NCBI GenBank assembly: GCA_001938485.1
Contig: MQRK01236597.1
Span: 1-61,310, forward strand
Length of the DNA: 61,310 bases
Source: Girardia tigrina
Lineage: Eukaryota
Direction of reading: 5' to 3'
Below, in pieces: positions 37,280 to 49,904 of this stretch (positions within the stretch are counted from its first letter, which is position 1; each line of letters opens with the position of its first letter). A program made the position numbers and the translations under genes. The notes below the pieces were generated by a model. The model had not been told where the DNA came from. It made no database searches and saw only the letters and a list, made by a program, of their open reading frames with translations.

Positions 37280-38646
37280 CAGTCAGGTAAAAAAGTTTGT
37301 GAACGCTTGTTGTTAAATTGTCTTTTGCACCCAACTGCAATTACATTGACAAAAGCACAACAAAATACAAAGATTTTATTAGAACATTATAATAAGACGC
37401 AAATTTATCAAAACTTGTCATAACTGGCACATAAACCACGAAAAACCAGTGTATATTTAGTATTTTATGTGTTTACTCTTATTTTTGAGAACAGAATGAA
37501 TTCGGTCAGGCATCTAACGGCATACTTTTTACAATAGTCGGGTGACACTTTTTGAGTCCAAACAGTTTCCACTGCTTTGATCATGTCCTGCAGGGAATAT
37601 AGGTGCATGGCAGCAACCTGTTTCTTCACCTGGGCCCAGGCATTCTCAATCGGATTAAGATCCGGTGAGTTGCTTGGCCACGGACCAAGAATTTGGAATC
37701 CTAACTGCACTAACCACTCTCGAACAGGCTCAACATTGTGGTACGGTGCTCCATCATGCTGAAAGAAGGTCATTCTGTGTAACTCCATAAATGGTGGCAA
37801 CTTTTCCTTTAAGATTTCTAAATAAACTGTACCATTTATGGTGTTTCCCTTTGGTATGAACCACAGCCCTTCATGACTACGTGATGAAATAGCACCAAAA
37901 ATCATCAATTTTTCAAGCATCCTGACAGTGGGCACCAGATATTTAGGATCAAAACGTTTATTTTGAGGTCGCCAAATATTACCAGAGGTGCTAGGAAACT
38001 GTGTTATGGTTGTCTCGTCACTAAATAGCACGCAGTCCCACTGCTCTACAGTTCAATGCTCATAACGCTTGCAGAAGGCAACACGATCTGAAATATATTT
38101 TGCAGATAGTAGTGGTTTTTTGACTGACTTTGAGGACTTGAGACCTCCATCAGCTAATCTGCGACGGATTAACCAGTTGCTGACGGTTTGCAAATACTGG
38201 GACAGCCTACTGCGAAGTTGTACTGCTATAACATGAGGAGTTCTTTTAGACTCCTGTAAAATTTTTCTGTCGTCTCTTTGACTGGTTGAGCATGGGCGAC
38301 CAGATCGAGATCTTGAACATAAGGATCCAGTCTCTCTTTTTTTCTGAACAGTCTGACACACAACTCCAAGAGAAACATTAAGAGTTGTAGCTATTTGTCG
38401 ATAAGAAACGCTGTGCTTCTGCAATGCCAAACTGCTGCACGCTGTTCTGTTGTTAGCTCCTTGCCGCGGACAGGCATGATTCTAAAATAAATAATGACAA
38501 TTTATAACTTGAAAAGTAATAAAAATAAAATATGCATTTCATCATTTAAATGGTTTATATATACTTAACAAGGAATACACAAACATGCAGTGCAACAACA
38601 AAAAGTAGTATAGAAACGAGCGTTCACAAACTTTTGCACCTGACTG
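37280..38646 (-). mobile_element. Tc1-family DNA transposon with DD35E triad, full length but frameshifted
   Basis: About 32-bp TIRs CAGTCAGGT(AA/GC)AAAAGTTTGTGAACGCT. The transposase runs from the ATG at 38477 to 37465, with RSGRP, LFSDE and QHDGAP-(35 aa)-PDLNPIE. The TA target duplications are not preserved. Confidence 0.92.
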
Positions 38647-41600
38647 AATATTTGACTATTGAATTTTCATAATTACAAATAAATAAAAATGAACAATTTT
38701 TTATAGAAATAATTATATTTAACTTATAATAATTAACCAACTAAAGAAAGTCACTAAATATCTAACTTTAATTTTATGGAATGAATAATTGAAAGACAAT
38801 CGTATTTGTATTTAAAGAAGAGTCAGAATTGCAAATATTCGGATCTTAGAAGTTGGATTGACAATTAATCTGATAGAAATATAATCCCACTATTATTAGT
38901 TGCATAAAAGGTTGAATTATCAATTTGTACAATTCGCACATATTCGTTTAATTTTATGTATGGTTATCTTTAAAATTGTATTTGTATTTCATTTTTCGAT
39001 TTTTATTGATTTTTCCTGTTATTTTCATAATGTCTATTACGTAATAATTAATTCTATTCTTTCTTTGTTTTTTCTTTCATCATAGCTGTCGTCTATATAT
39101 ATTTCCTTCTCATTTTTGTTATCATTTTTTTATTTAATATTCACAAAGACGTATAAATAAAAACATAAAAATTAATTAAATCAATATTATACATGACAAG
39201 TCTCATGTTCCTAAAATCTCACTCACAACTGTGAGCTTCCAATGAGTCATGCACATTAAGTTCTAAATACTCCTTGTATTTGAGTCTTCGGGACCTCGAG
39301 AGCTGGTCAGCAAAATAGACCGACAAAGGCAGTCAACGCTACTGCTCAAACATTGTCATATGCTGGAAAAAAACCTGCTGAATTCGGGGTGTCGTTGTAC
39401 TATACCAAGATGTCATAGATCAGCTTCCAGCTCAGCGCTGTCATACTCTTGACTGTTCGGTTATAACGCTAGATGATTTTTTTCCACCAAGACCGATTTA
39501 CACACCGAAACTACAACCTGACGCCCATTCCAAAACAGCAAATATTTAATTGCCACTTCATGGTGCACAGTGAAGTTGTTCAGCGGTAGCTCCTGTGGTG
39601 TGAGTAAACCTGTTTAACACCGCCTTAAAAGCAGTATAAAAATCCTCGTCGCTTTCTGATGAGATTTTCCTCCACAACGAGAATCACCTAGGCTCACAAT
39701 TATCCAGCACCATATACTTTTACTCGTTGATAAGTGCCTCATCCATCGCAAACTGCTGCAACATTTATTCGCTGCTTATTTCACTTTTCTCCCCCCCCCN
39801 NNNNNNNNNNNNNNNNNNNNNNNNNNNNNNNNNNNNNNNNNNNNNNNNNNNNNNNNNNNNNNNNNNNNNNNNNNNNNNNNNNNNNNNNNNNNNNTATATA
39901 TATATATGTATATATATGAATATATAAATTAAAATGAAAAATCAATAATTAAAATTGATGCTAAAAAATAAAATATTACATTTCGTTAAAACATGGAATT
40001 GTAAATCAAGCAGAAGTTGATTTTTATGCGTTTCTTGTTAGAATATTTCTTGTGTCCATTTAATTGGACAATTCTACACCAGAAATTTGCAATCCTAATT
40101 TATCGAATTAATTCTTACTCGTCGACATTGGCTATCTTCAATAATAACAACAACAATTCCACGAATCCAACTATCAAATACCGAACAAAATAAATTATCA
40201 CGACACTGATCAGAATTATAATTGCAGGAACAATAATCCGAATACCACTTCTTCTGGAAATTTCATTACCAATCAATCCAATTATATCATCAACTAACTA
40301 TTCGAATAACTATTCGAATTGTCAAGGTATTATATTAATTTTCCCACATATTTGACAAGCAACGTTATTCATGTTTCCTTTTTCACTGAACAAATTTGTG
40401 ACATCTATATTAGTTATTTATATTTATTATAGTTTATTAAAATATAAATTTATTGTATATATTAATTCTTATATTTCTTATATTTACTTGTGGTGCTGTC
40501 TGCCGAACCGAGTGGCGGCAACCAGCACCTCTTAATTGTGCGGGAAATTGTCACTGGAAGACAGGATCGGTCGGTTCCAGTGTTCAACGGTCGATACGCG
40601 GACGTGCGTCGGAAAAGCAAACGGTCCACAGCGGCTCGCCGAAGTGTTTTGGTCTTGTCGGCGGCGTCGCATCGGTCGGTGGTCCACTCGATGCGTCCGA
40701 TTGGGTTGACCGGATGCTGATTCGCTGAACAATGAGACGGCCGCTCTGGTCCGCTCGATTTCATTCGTTTACAATTTGAAAAATTGAAATAGAAAATCAG
40801 AAATCGGTTATTTTTATAAAGCATTTATTTTTTACCGACATAATTACCAAATTCAAATTATTAAAATCTAAAATTGTGACATAATAAAATATTTGTTTAA
40901 TTTAATTAAACAAAAGTCCTTTTTTGGTTTTCCATCGATTATCGGATCACTACATTACTTATATTTTTTAAACGTTAAAAGAGTTCATTGAAAAGAGTTT
41001 ACAGTTTGTTCTTTTACAACTGTCATGACTTATCTATCGGTCACTAGTTGTGGGTCCTACATTTTTCTTGCAAGAAACATCATCTGTCTCCCCCGTAATA
41101 ATAAATCTCGTGGAGCATTTCTAGACTGTTCCTCAACTCTTGTTCCAAATCTATCGTTATCGCCACCACCTCACTTGGCTCCTTCGCCTCGGCTAACTAG
41201 TCTCTCAGCACACAAGTAAAGTAATCTGCTTTGTTATAAGCTCCACTTTGTATGCAGCCACTCTTCTTCGATGGTCTGCTTGTTGGTGTTAAATCGACAT
41301 TTTACCAGCAGTTCACTAGACAAGACTGGTTTATTACTCTTCATTGCATTCTTCAACTACCTCAACACAGTGACAGAATCAGTCGTAATGTCGAAGTAGT
41401 TCGGGCCCCACGACAGTGCCGTTGTTATTCCCATTTTTTTTGCTTTGAGCTCTACCAGGTTGATGTGAGCAGCGTCCTCTTCCTTGTCAGCCAAAAGACG
41501 TTTTCTATCACTATTGCCCCTATTTTTTAGAGATATCGGTTGCAATTGAGCTTTCGTTGCACCACACTCGACCTTGACAACAGCCAAGAACTTCCGATCC

Positions 41601-41649
41601 GCCGTTTACCGGGTCTTCCTTCTCGAGTAACTTTGACTAAATTTTCTTA

Positions 41650-41740
41650 GTAACATGATATTCTCTGATGAGTCAACTTTCCATCTTAACGACATTGTAA
41701 ACAGACATAACTGTCGCATTTGGGGCACTGAAACACCAAC
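41650..41740 (+). mobile_element. Tc1/mariner-superfamily (rosa/DD41D-like) transposase fragment
   Basis: MIFSDESTFHLNDIVNRHNCRIWGTETP matches the FSDEA.FHL.G.VNRHNCRIWG.ENP motif. Confidence 0.65.
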
Positions 41741-43809
41741 GAAACATATCAGATTGACTCTTTGATGTAAACTCTGCGCTGTCCTACTGCATCATACAAT
41801 CCGCTGCGATAGGCCTTTCTCTTTAGGAAACTGCATTTTTGCCTCCACGAGTCACAAACCGGCAAATTAACTCCATCTGATCGACCCATGAAAACAATTT
41901 CCATCGTGTCAAACAGTTCGGCAATTCTGTACCTTGCCGTTTTGATGCCAGCGCAGTTACCCGTCAGTCTAACATACAGTAAGTTGGAGAACTCTGTCTC
42001 CGTTAATTTTCACTGATGGCTTTCTTTTGATCTTCAAAACTTTTTAAAACAGCCATAACACATTACAGTGACATGCTGCTGGTGTAGACTATGATATCAT
42101 CCTTGTATGCTCCTGCAGTCTATGCCACCAGTAAATCCGTCCCGAGCACGTGATTCATGATGCCCCTCATGATTTTTGGAGTCACATTCAGACCAAATGA
42201 AACATCATTGATAGGTGTTTTTGGTGAGATTAAATGTTTGAATATTTAAAACGCAAATAAGTACAAATAATTTATTTACATAAGTTTTAAAAGAGTAATT
42301 TAAAAATGCAAATTTTAATCGAAAAGTATTTTTAAAATTATTGTTAAAATTAAAAGTGAAAATAAATATTTTTAGAAAAAAACGATTTTTTAAAATCAAA
42401 ATTTAAATTGGAGATAATTTTTATAATGTTTAAAATCAAAAGTAAAAATAAATAGTTTACGAAATTAATTTTAGCAGCAAAATTTACATTGAAAATGATT
42501 TTTAATATCTAAAATCAAATTGCAGATCAACAAAAATTGTTCTATTATTAATTATTATATTGATATTTATATTTTAGAATTTTTAAAAATCTGGTTTATG
42601 CAAATTGAAAATATTGTTCCTTATAAATTTGTTTGTAAAATGCAATGTGTGATAGAAATAAAAATTTAGTCATGAACCTTGATCTTAATCACGAACCCAA
42701 TATGGTGACCATAGCCAGTGGCTCAGAATTCAGAATCTCAGATTTCGAGACTCTTACTAGAGAAATACCGGAAAAAGACAATATCGAAGGCTTGTATTTA
42801 AATGTTTTAAATATTTAAATTATTTTAAATATTTTGATCAGTATTTTTTTCTTTAAAAAAATAAATTTTCAACACACGATCGATAAACGTTATGAGGTGT
42901 CTAAAGTTTGTCCTGGTCAACCAATTTCTTACTGAAATAATTAGATTTAAAAAATAAAACAAGTTAATAAAAAGTCTAGTGACAATTTAAGCGCAATTTC
43001 CTTATGTTATTCGGTGCCCAAATATTAAAACGTTTATATCAGTATTTGACTATGATTAATCTTTTGTGACCGAACGAAAGGATATTTTTGAAAACTTTCT
43101 TCGGCAATATTGTTATTGCAGGAATCGATTGGTAAATGTTTCAAGTCGCTAAGTGGTCTGGTTGCCGAGATATAGGCCAAAAACTGCATTTTTTCGAGGT
43201 TTTTGTGCTTTTCCGGGAAATCCAGTAAGGAATTCCGGGAATTTTTTTGGCCCACAATCATCCTCCAAACTTGCTTAACATATTTGCTTTTGGAACTAGC
43301 CCTCGATATTGCTTCGTTGAGGAGGAGATACGACTTAAAGCTGCGGACACACATTCATCCATCCACACAGAAATAACCAATTAATAATCGCAATTGTCAG
43401 TATGGAAATTGCGCTAAAAATATCATTTTCAGTCTTTGTTTAAACTAAAAAAAATACGACAAATTGGATTGAAATTGTCAACATTGTGCAAACAACTTGA
43501 ACGATGTGACAGATCAAATACCTCTAAATGCATAGATTTATAAAACTTGATGTGAATGGAAACATAAGTTGCTCTTTTTGTTAATAGTAGACAGGGATTT
43601 CAAAAACAAAAGTTTAGAGTCAACGAAATTCATATATATCAGTGTTATTGATATCAATAGTGAATCATATCTGGCCCCGATCGACAAATCATACTGTTTT
43701 TCATGTTTAAATGTTACTAATTGCGTTTTACTAATACGTCTCGTGTTTTATTATATTTTCTATTTTTTCCATTCTTTTTATTAGCTTACTTTCTATATAT
43801 ATACATATA

Positions 43810-44475
43810 TATGTTATGCCAAATTTGTGTAATTGTCTATTTCACGAATTCGGTAACTTTTTTACAAATATTTATAATTCAATTATGAAATTGATATTAA
43901 CATTTTAATATGAAAAATTTTGTATTTAATATGAAAAAATACCAATTTAATATGAAGAAACTCAATTTTATATGAAAAATTATCGATTTAATATTAAAAA
44001 AAATTTAATATGAAAAAATATCAATTTAAATGTGAAAAAAATCAGTTAAATTTGTAAAAATATCGATTAAATAAGAAAATTATCTATTTAATACGAAAAA
44101 GATATCAATTTAATATATAAAAATGCTTTTAAAATACAAACTTTTGTAATTCAGCTTGCCACCAAGGAAGAAGTTTAAATAACTATAAATACAAATTTTA
44201 CATTTGGAGTTTATTTTTCATAATTAATTATAATTTTTTTTATTTTTAATTTATTTTTTCATATTAAATTGATATTTTTTTCATATTAAATTGACATTTT
44301 TTTCATAATAAATTTATATTTTTTCATAATAAATTAATATTTTTTTCATATTAAATACACTATCTTTCATTTTAAATTGAGAAATTTACATTTTAAAATG
44401 AAAATTCTTCATTTAGTTAGTGAATTTGGCAAAAATTGACCTGTTCATAAATTCGGCAATTACACAAATTCGCTC
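43810..44475. repeat. Foldback-like element with inverted arrays of ~21-bp subrepeats
   Basis: aatatgaaaaaatatcaattt units occur on the left and their reverse complements on the right. The ends aatttgtgtaattg / caattacacaaatt are inverted. A related copy is at ~9145-9380. Confidence 0.65.
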
Positions 44476-45276
44476 TACTCAATCAATTTTCTTCAAACTT
44501 TGCACACTTATTCATTCTCGATGACAGTAAATGATTATGTGAAAATTTGATCAAAAAAATTTTTAAGGTCCCAAAATGAGAAAAAAACGGAACATTCGGA
44601 GTTCCAGAAAAATATTAAATGAAAAAGATCTACTTATAAATTATAAGTAGTTTATATTAATTTTTTGTGTTTTTTTAAATCATTTTTTTATAAAAACTTT
44701 GTTGGCAAAGTAGAGTTCTGTCTGCATAAAGAATGAATATAAAAAATTTAATTTTTTGATTTATTAGTTCAATCTATGGCTTAAAATAAAATACATTTAT
44801 CAACATTTTTTATCCATGGTTAACTTTAAATGTAGAATATTGATGCTATTATATATAATGTTATCTTATTCATGATTGAAATGTTATTTGTGCGGCAGCG
44901 TTTATTTAAAATCTCAATATTTTCAGTTTATTTATTTATATTTATCTGTCTATTTTATAACAGATAATCAAAATATAAACAAAAAGTATTATTTTTAATT
45001 AAATATATTAATTTAGATAATTCATTAGTGATGGTTTTCATATGTTTATTTGAAGATTTTAAATATTGAAAATTTTAAATATAATTTTATTTATTTTCTA
45101 AACAAATGTACAAATATTTAGGAAACGCATCTTTGATTGTAAATTTGCTGAAGTATTATTGTTCTAAATAATCCTTACAGTTTTAAAAATCAAGTCAGAA
45201 ATGTTCAATCGACCCACAGATTTTCGTGAATATAATATAAAATATCTTAAAATTCAAAAAAAATGTTATAAAGTTG

Positions 45277-48200
45277 TTAATCTTTCATTCTAAAGTTGAG
45301 CTTGTTTATCAACACATGGGCGCTTGGACGACACTGGGGTTCAGGACAGAGGATTAATTTGATCACAGCTTTCATCTCGTTTGAAATAGAGGAAATTGAT
45401 TTAAATTTAATCTTTTTTGAACTTCCAATTTTAAAGATCACAGCATTCTGACTTAAATCGTGATAGGGAGGATGACCTAAAATGTTGTATCTTATTAATT
45501 TTAAAGTCAATATTGTTTTGTTTACTTGCAAAAACAAAGATAATTAGAATAAGATTGATTAATTTGTATATTAATATATGATTCATAGGAATAAAACATT
45601 TTGTATTAATATTTTTAGACAAAATCATATAATATTACTTATCGTTACCTTCGATTTAACACCACATTCTCATGTGATATTTGAAGGGAAACCGGACAAT
45701 TCGGAGCAGAATGTTTTCATACATTTGAAAACATTAAAATAAATAATTTATAGTGTTATTAATATTATCCTTTAGTCTTTTCAATGAACGTATTTATAAT
45801 TTTTAAGCTTTTTATATTCTGTGTGATAAAACTATCACGTATGGGAAAACAACCAAAGGAAAATCTTCAGCCATCTATGGGATATACGAATTTTTGAAGC
45901 AAAGAGAATATAGAAACGGTGCAAGTTATATAAATTATTGAACTGTCCAGCCACTATTACAACATTAGACATTAATGTAAGAATGACTTAGGCGTGGTGA
46001 TATTTATATTTCAGCAAAATTTTCATTGGAAATATGGAATCAATACAAAGCTGCAGCAGATGGTGTTGCAAGGACTATAAATTCCGTCGAAAAATGGTAT
46101 TATGGATTGCAAGCATTGTTTCAATGTCGTCATCCAACATTGTGAAAATTTATGATAGGAATCGAAAAGTATATACAAATTCAAAAATTTTTGTTTCTTC
46201 AGGGAATTTCAGGTACAGAATTTCCAACATCAAGAAAATACTGATTTTTGAAAGAAGGAGTAAAAAAGGCCGTTGAACGTTAAAATTCCAGTAGAATTCT
46301 AATATACTTAGGCTGTATTGCTCATTTGTCTAACATTTGATTATTTAATATATTTGATAACTATTATTGTTGTTTAATTTTATTTTTAAATTATTTTATT
46401 TCTGTAGTCTAAAAATATTTCAGTGTTTATAAAAAATTCAATCTTTATGTTTTTTTAAAAAAGTGTCAAAAGATAAAATGTTCAAAAATAAGTGATAAAG
46501 TGACTAAGTTATCAAATGTAAGTGACAAAGTGTCCCAAAATCATTTTTTAATATTTGTAATAAGTTTTTGAATTTTATGCATTTTTTTATAATAAACATA
46601 TTTTGCATTCTTTATTAATTGTATTTTATTTAGTTATCTTTTTCATGAGGAATATTCAAAAAATATTTATTGATTTTCAGCACTTGGTATATTCTATTTT
46701 TTTATCATTTTCTAGTGTTAAAAACAACTTTTTTGTAGGTTAGGAAACGGCACTCCAAAGACCAGGCTTTCTGAATCAGCACTCGACATCGAATTATGCT
46801 GTCAAAATTTTCAAGTCGGACTGAATAGTTTGAGATTTCACTAGGATTCCATAGTTGCATCACACCAAAACACAAATTAAAATGCTTTTTTTGACAGGTC
46901 GATCATTTTGTTATCCCAATCAGCTCGATGGGACAACTTTTTGGAGTTGTGGAATTGAAATATCGACTCCGAATCGATTAAATTGTTCACAATTGCGAAT
47001 TTGTGAATCGATTTTTGATTGACTTTTTCGAATACAGTATTATTTTTGACAAAAGATTTTTATTTACTAGTTTTACAAAAAACACATTGGTATTAATTAG
47101 TCACACAAAATGTATCCATTCTTCAGAAAATAATAACATTTTGCTTTTCTTTATAACACCAGAAAAGACAAATAAAATTATGTACAAGGTTTAGGTCGGA
47201 TAAAACCTTTTCAAATGTTTTTTTTATTAAGATAATATGTTTTGTAAAGTCAACTGTTATCAATAGACAGTTATATTAATGCACAAAAGATGAATATGTA
47301 ATGGATTTTATAAATCTTGCTAATCATAAATTTTCAATTACCAAATTGAGACTTCCGTTTGGCATTGATTTTAAAGGAATATAACCTAATTATCAATGTT
47401 TCAGGCGTCGCTGTCCCAATAACAATTAAAACGCTCACACAGAATTTCGAAATTATCAATTCTCTCACCAGTTCAGTAATATTATTCATACCATCTTGTC
47501 GACCATGTTATTGAATACGTTTATAGAGATGGCAGTAGACAGTCTCTCCAATGTAAGTAGCATCGCTCATGTAAGATAGTGTTGTTGTTAATTTTATAAT
47601 TTTCGAAAATAGGAATTTTGGAATTATAATCGAAATTAAAAGAAAATATTGGAAAATAAAATTAAAAAAAGGAAAATAAAAAAAATGAAAATTCGTATAA
47701 ATAACAAATTTAACCTTTTGTAGTTTTGAATAAATTTTGAAAGTCTTGATTTCTTTTAATTTAGAATGGTAGTAAATTCTCAACCTAACAACACCCATTA
47801 CATTTATTTCATAAATAATATCGAAACAGTGTTATTTTTGAAATTATTTAGAGTTTTGAGACCGTAAAATATTTTTTAATTTAATTAATAGTTTGCAGTA
47901 AAATTGTATCACGATCTCATACGTCTCATAATATAATCGGTAAAAAAGTTTGTCTCAATATTTAGTATTTATTAGGCATGTACAAGTTTCACTTTTTCAA
48001 AACAAACCGGTACCGGTGCCGGTATTTTTTAAAAGTAGCAAAACCGTCCGGTGCTGGTGCCGGTTTTGAAAAATAAAAATTACCCTGATTTCACTGATTT
48101 CATTTTGATCAAAAATCCAATCTTTTATAACTAGTTGAAGGGAGTGTGCAAAGCATGGAACTTGCTGAAGGCCAATGAAATTCATCTCACGAAATGCTTT

Positions 48201-49862
48201 GGTAATATTAGGAGCATTGTCATGTAAAAATGTATGGCAGTTACTTAGTGAAATGTTCCAGTTAGTAAACATTTCTCTGAACAGAGATCCAATATTATCA
48301 GATGTATGCCGATCATCAAATGATATAAAATGTAAAACTACTAAACGAAGTAAAAAATCTGATTGTAACCAATGAGCAGTCAGGCTCATATAAGACTGTG
48401 TTGTGTGTTCTGCAGTCCAGATATCAACAGTAAAAGATACACCACTGTCCTTTGGCATGAGCTTCTCTATCATCATCTTCATTTTATCATATAGAAAAGG
48501 GAGAACATTCTCGGTAAAGTACTTTCTAGAAGGAATTTTATATCTTGGTTCAAGTTGATTTAGAAGGAACTGAAACCCCTCATTTTCCAAAATTTGGATG
48601 GGCTGGATATCAATAGCCATCATTTTACCAATAGCTCGATCGATTGTAATCGCTGATGGGTGGTCTCTCTCCCACATTTTGACACGATTGATGCATTGTT
48701 CCAAAGTTTGTTGAGAGCTACTGGTATTTGTTGGAATTGAAGGACACTTTTCAGAGAAAGCAATTGGATGTGACGTAGGATGGTGTATGTTGATGTATTC
48801 ATTTGGGTGTCTACTTCGTATATGAGAAATCAGATTTGAAGTACTGAAATTTCTAGTGTTTCCAGCTTGACGACGTAGTATATTCTTATGATAGATATTA
48901 CATCTTGCGATGTGAGACGCATTTGAACATACGGTATAAAATTGCCATACATGACTTGTCTTATTTTTGAAACTGATAGTGTAATAATTTGAATATTAAT
49001 TTTAAATGTGATAATAATAAATGAATATTTAAACAAATATATTATTTAAGTAAAAAAATTTTTCCAAATTTTTCGTTCGAAAATAATATTATTCATTTTA
49101 TTAATATTCATAGTAAGTAGCATTTATTTATTCAAAACTGAAAAAAAACCGGCACATTTTGCCGGTTTCGGTTCCGGAACCGGTGCTTGAAAATACCCGG
49201 TATTACCGGTTTGCCCGTGCCTGTGCCGAAAACCGATACATCCCCAGTATTTATGAAAAAAACAGAATTAAGAACCTGAATACATCTCCACAATTGTTAC
49301 TCCTACAGACCATATGTCTGCAGAAAAAGTATATTTCTTGCCGATAATAACTTCCGGGGCCATATAATTGGCCGTCCCACAAAATGTGCTAGCATATACG
49401 CTTCCTCGGCTTGACATGTTTTCCAAACATCGACTCAAACCAAAGTCGGTAAGTTTGATTCTCCCATTTTTATCTAACAACATATTTTCAGCTTTAATTA
49501 TATATAAATGATTTTGTCTAAAATTTTAAAATCATACGTTTAATGTCACGGTGAATAATTTTGTTATCGTGTAGGAAAACGATTCCCTCGGCAATTTGCT
49601 TCGCGAATTTTATAACAGTAATCTCCGGCATTGTCTTTTCTTTTTTTATGAGTCCTTTTAAGGAGCCCTAAAATTAAAACTTGTTTATACGATATAGTCA
49701 TTTATCAGTTTTTTATGTTTACATCTGAATTTAGATGAAATTCTTTAAGCAAGAGTTTTCTAACGTTTTTAGATGAGGGTGATAATTTATTCTAGCTTCT
49801 AGAATAACGTACACCTGTTTCAAATACTGACTATTGATATGAGTGTTAGGATAAGGGTAGTC

Positions 49863-49904
<42 letters not shown>

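Noticed and set aside
39170-39790. GC-richer stretches that look like TE debris (also ~1880-2540, 11540-11870, 20060-20380, 41020-42200, 42990-43415)
   Set aside because: No diagnostic motif clear enough to name a family, apart from the short fragment at 41650-41740.
43900-44360. CRISPR-like regular repeats
   Set aside because: Eukaryotic context and AT-rich tandem units without unique spacers; these are foldback subrepeats.
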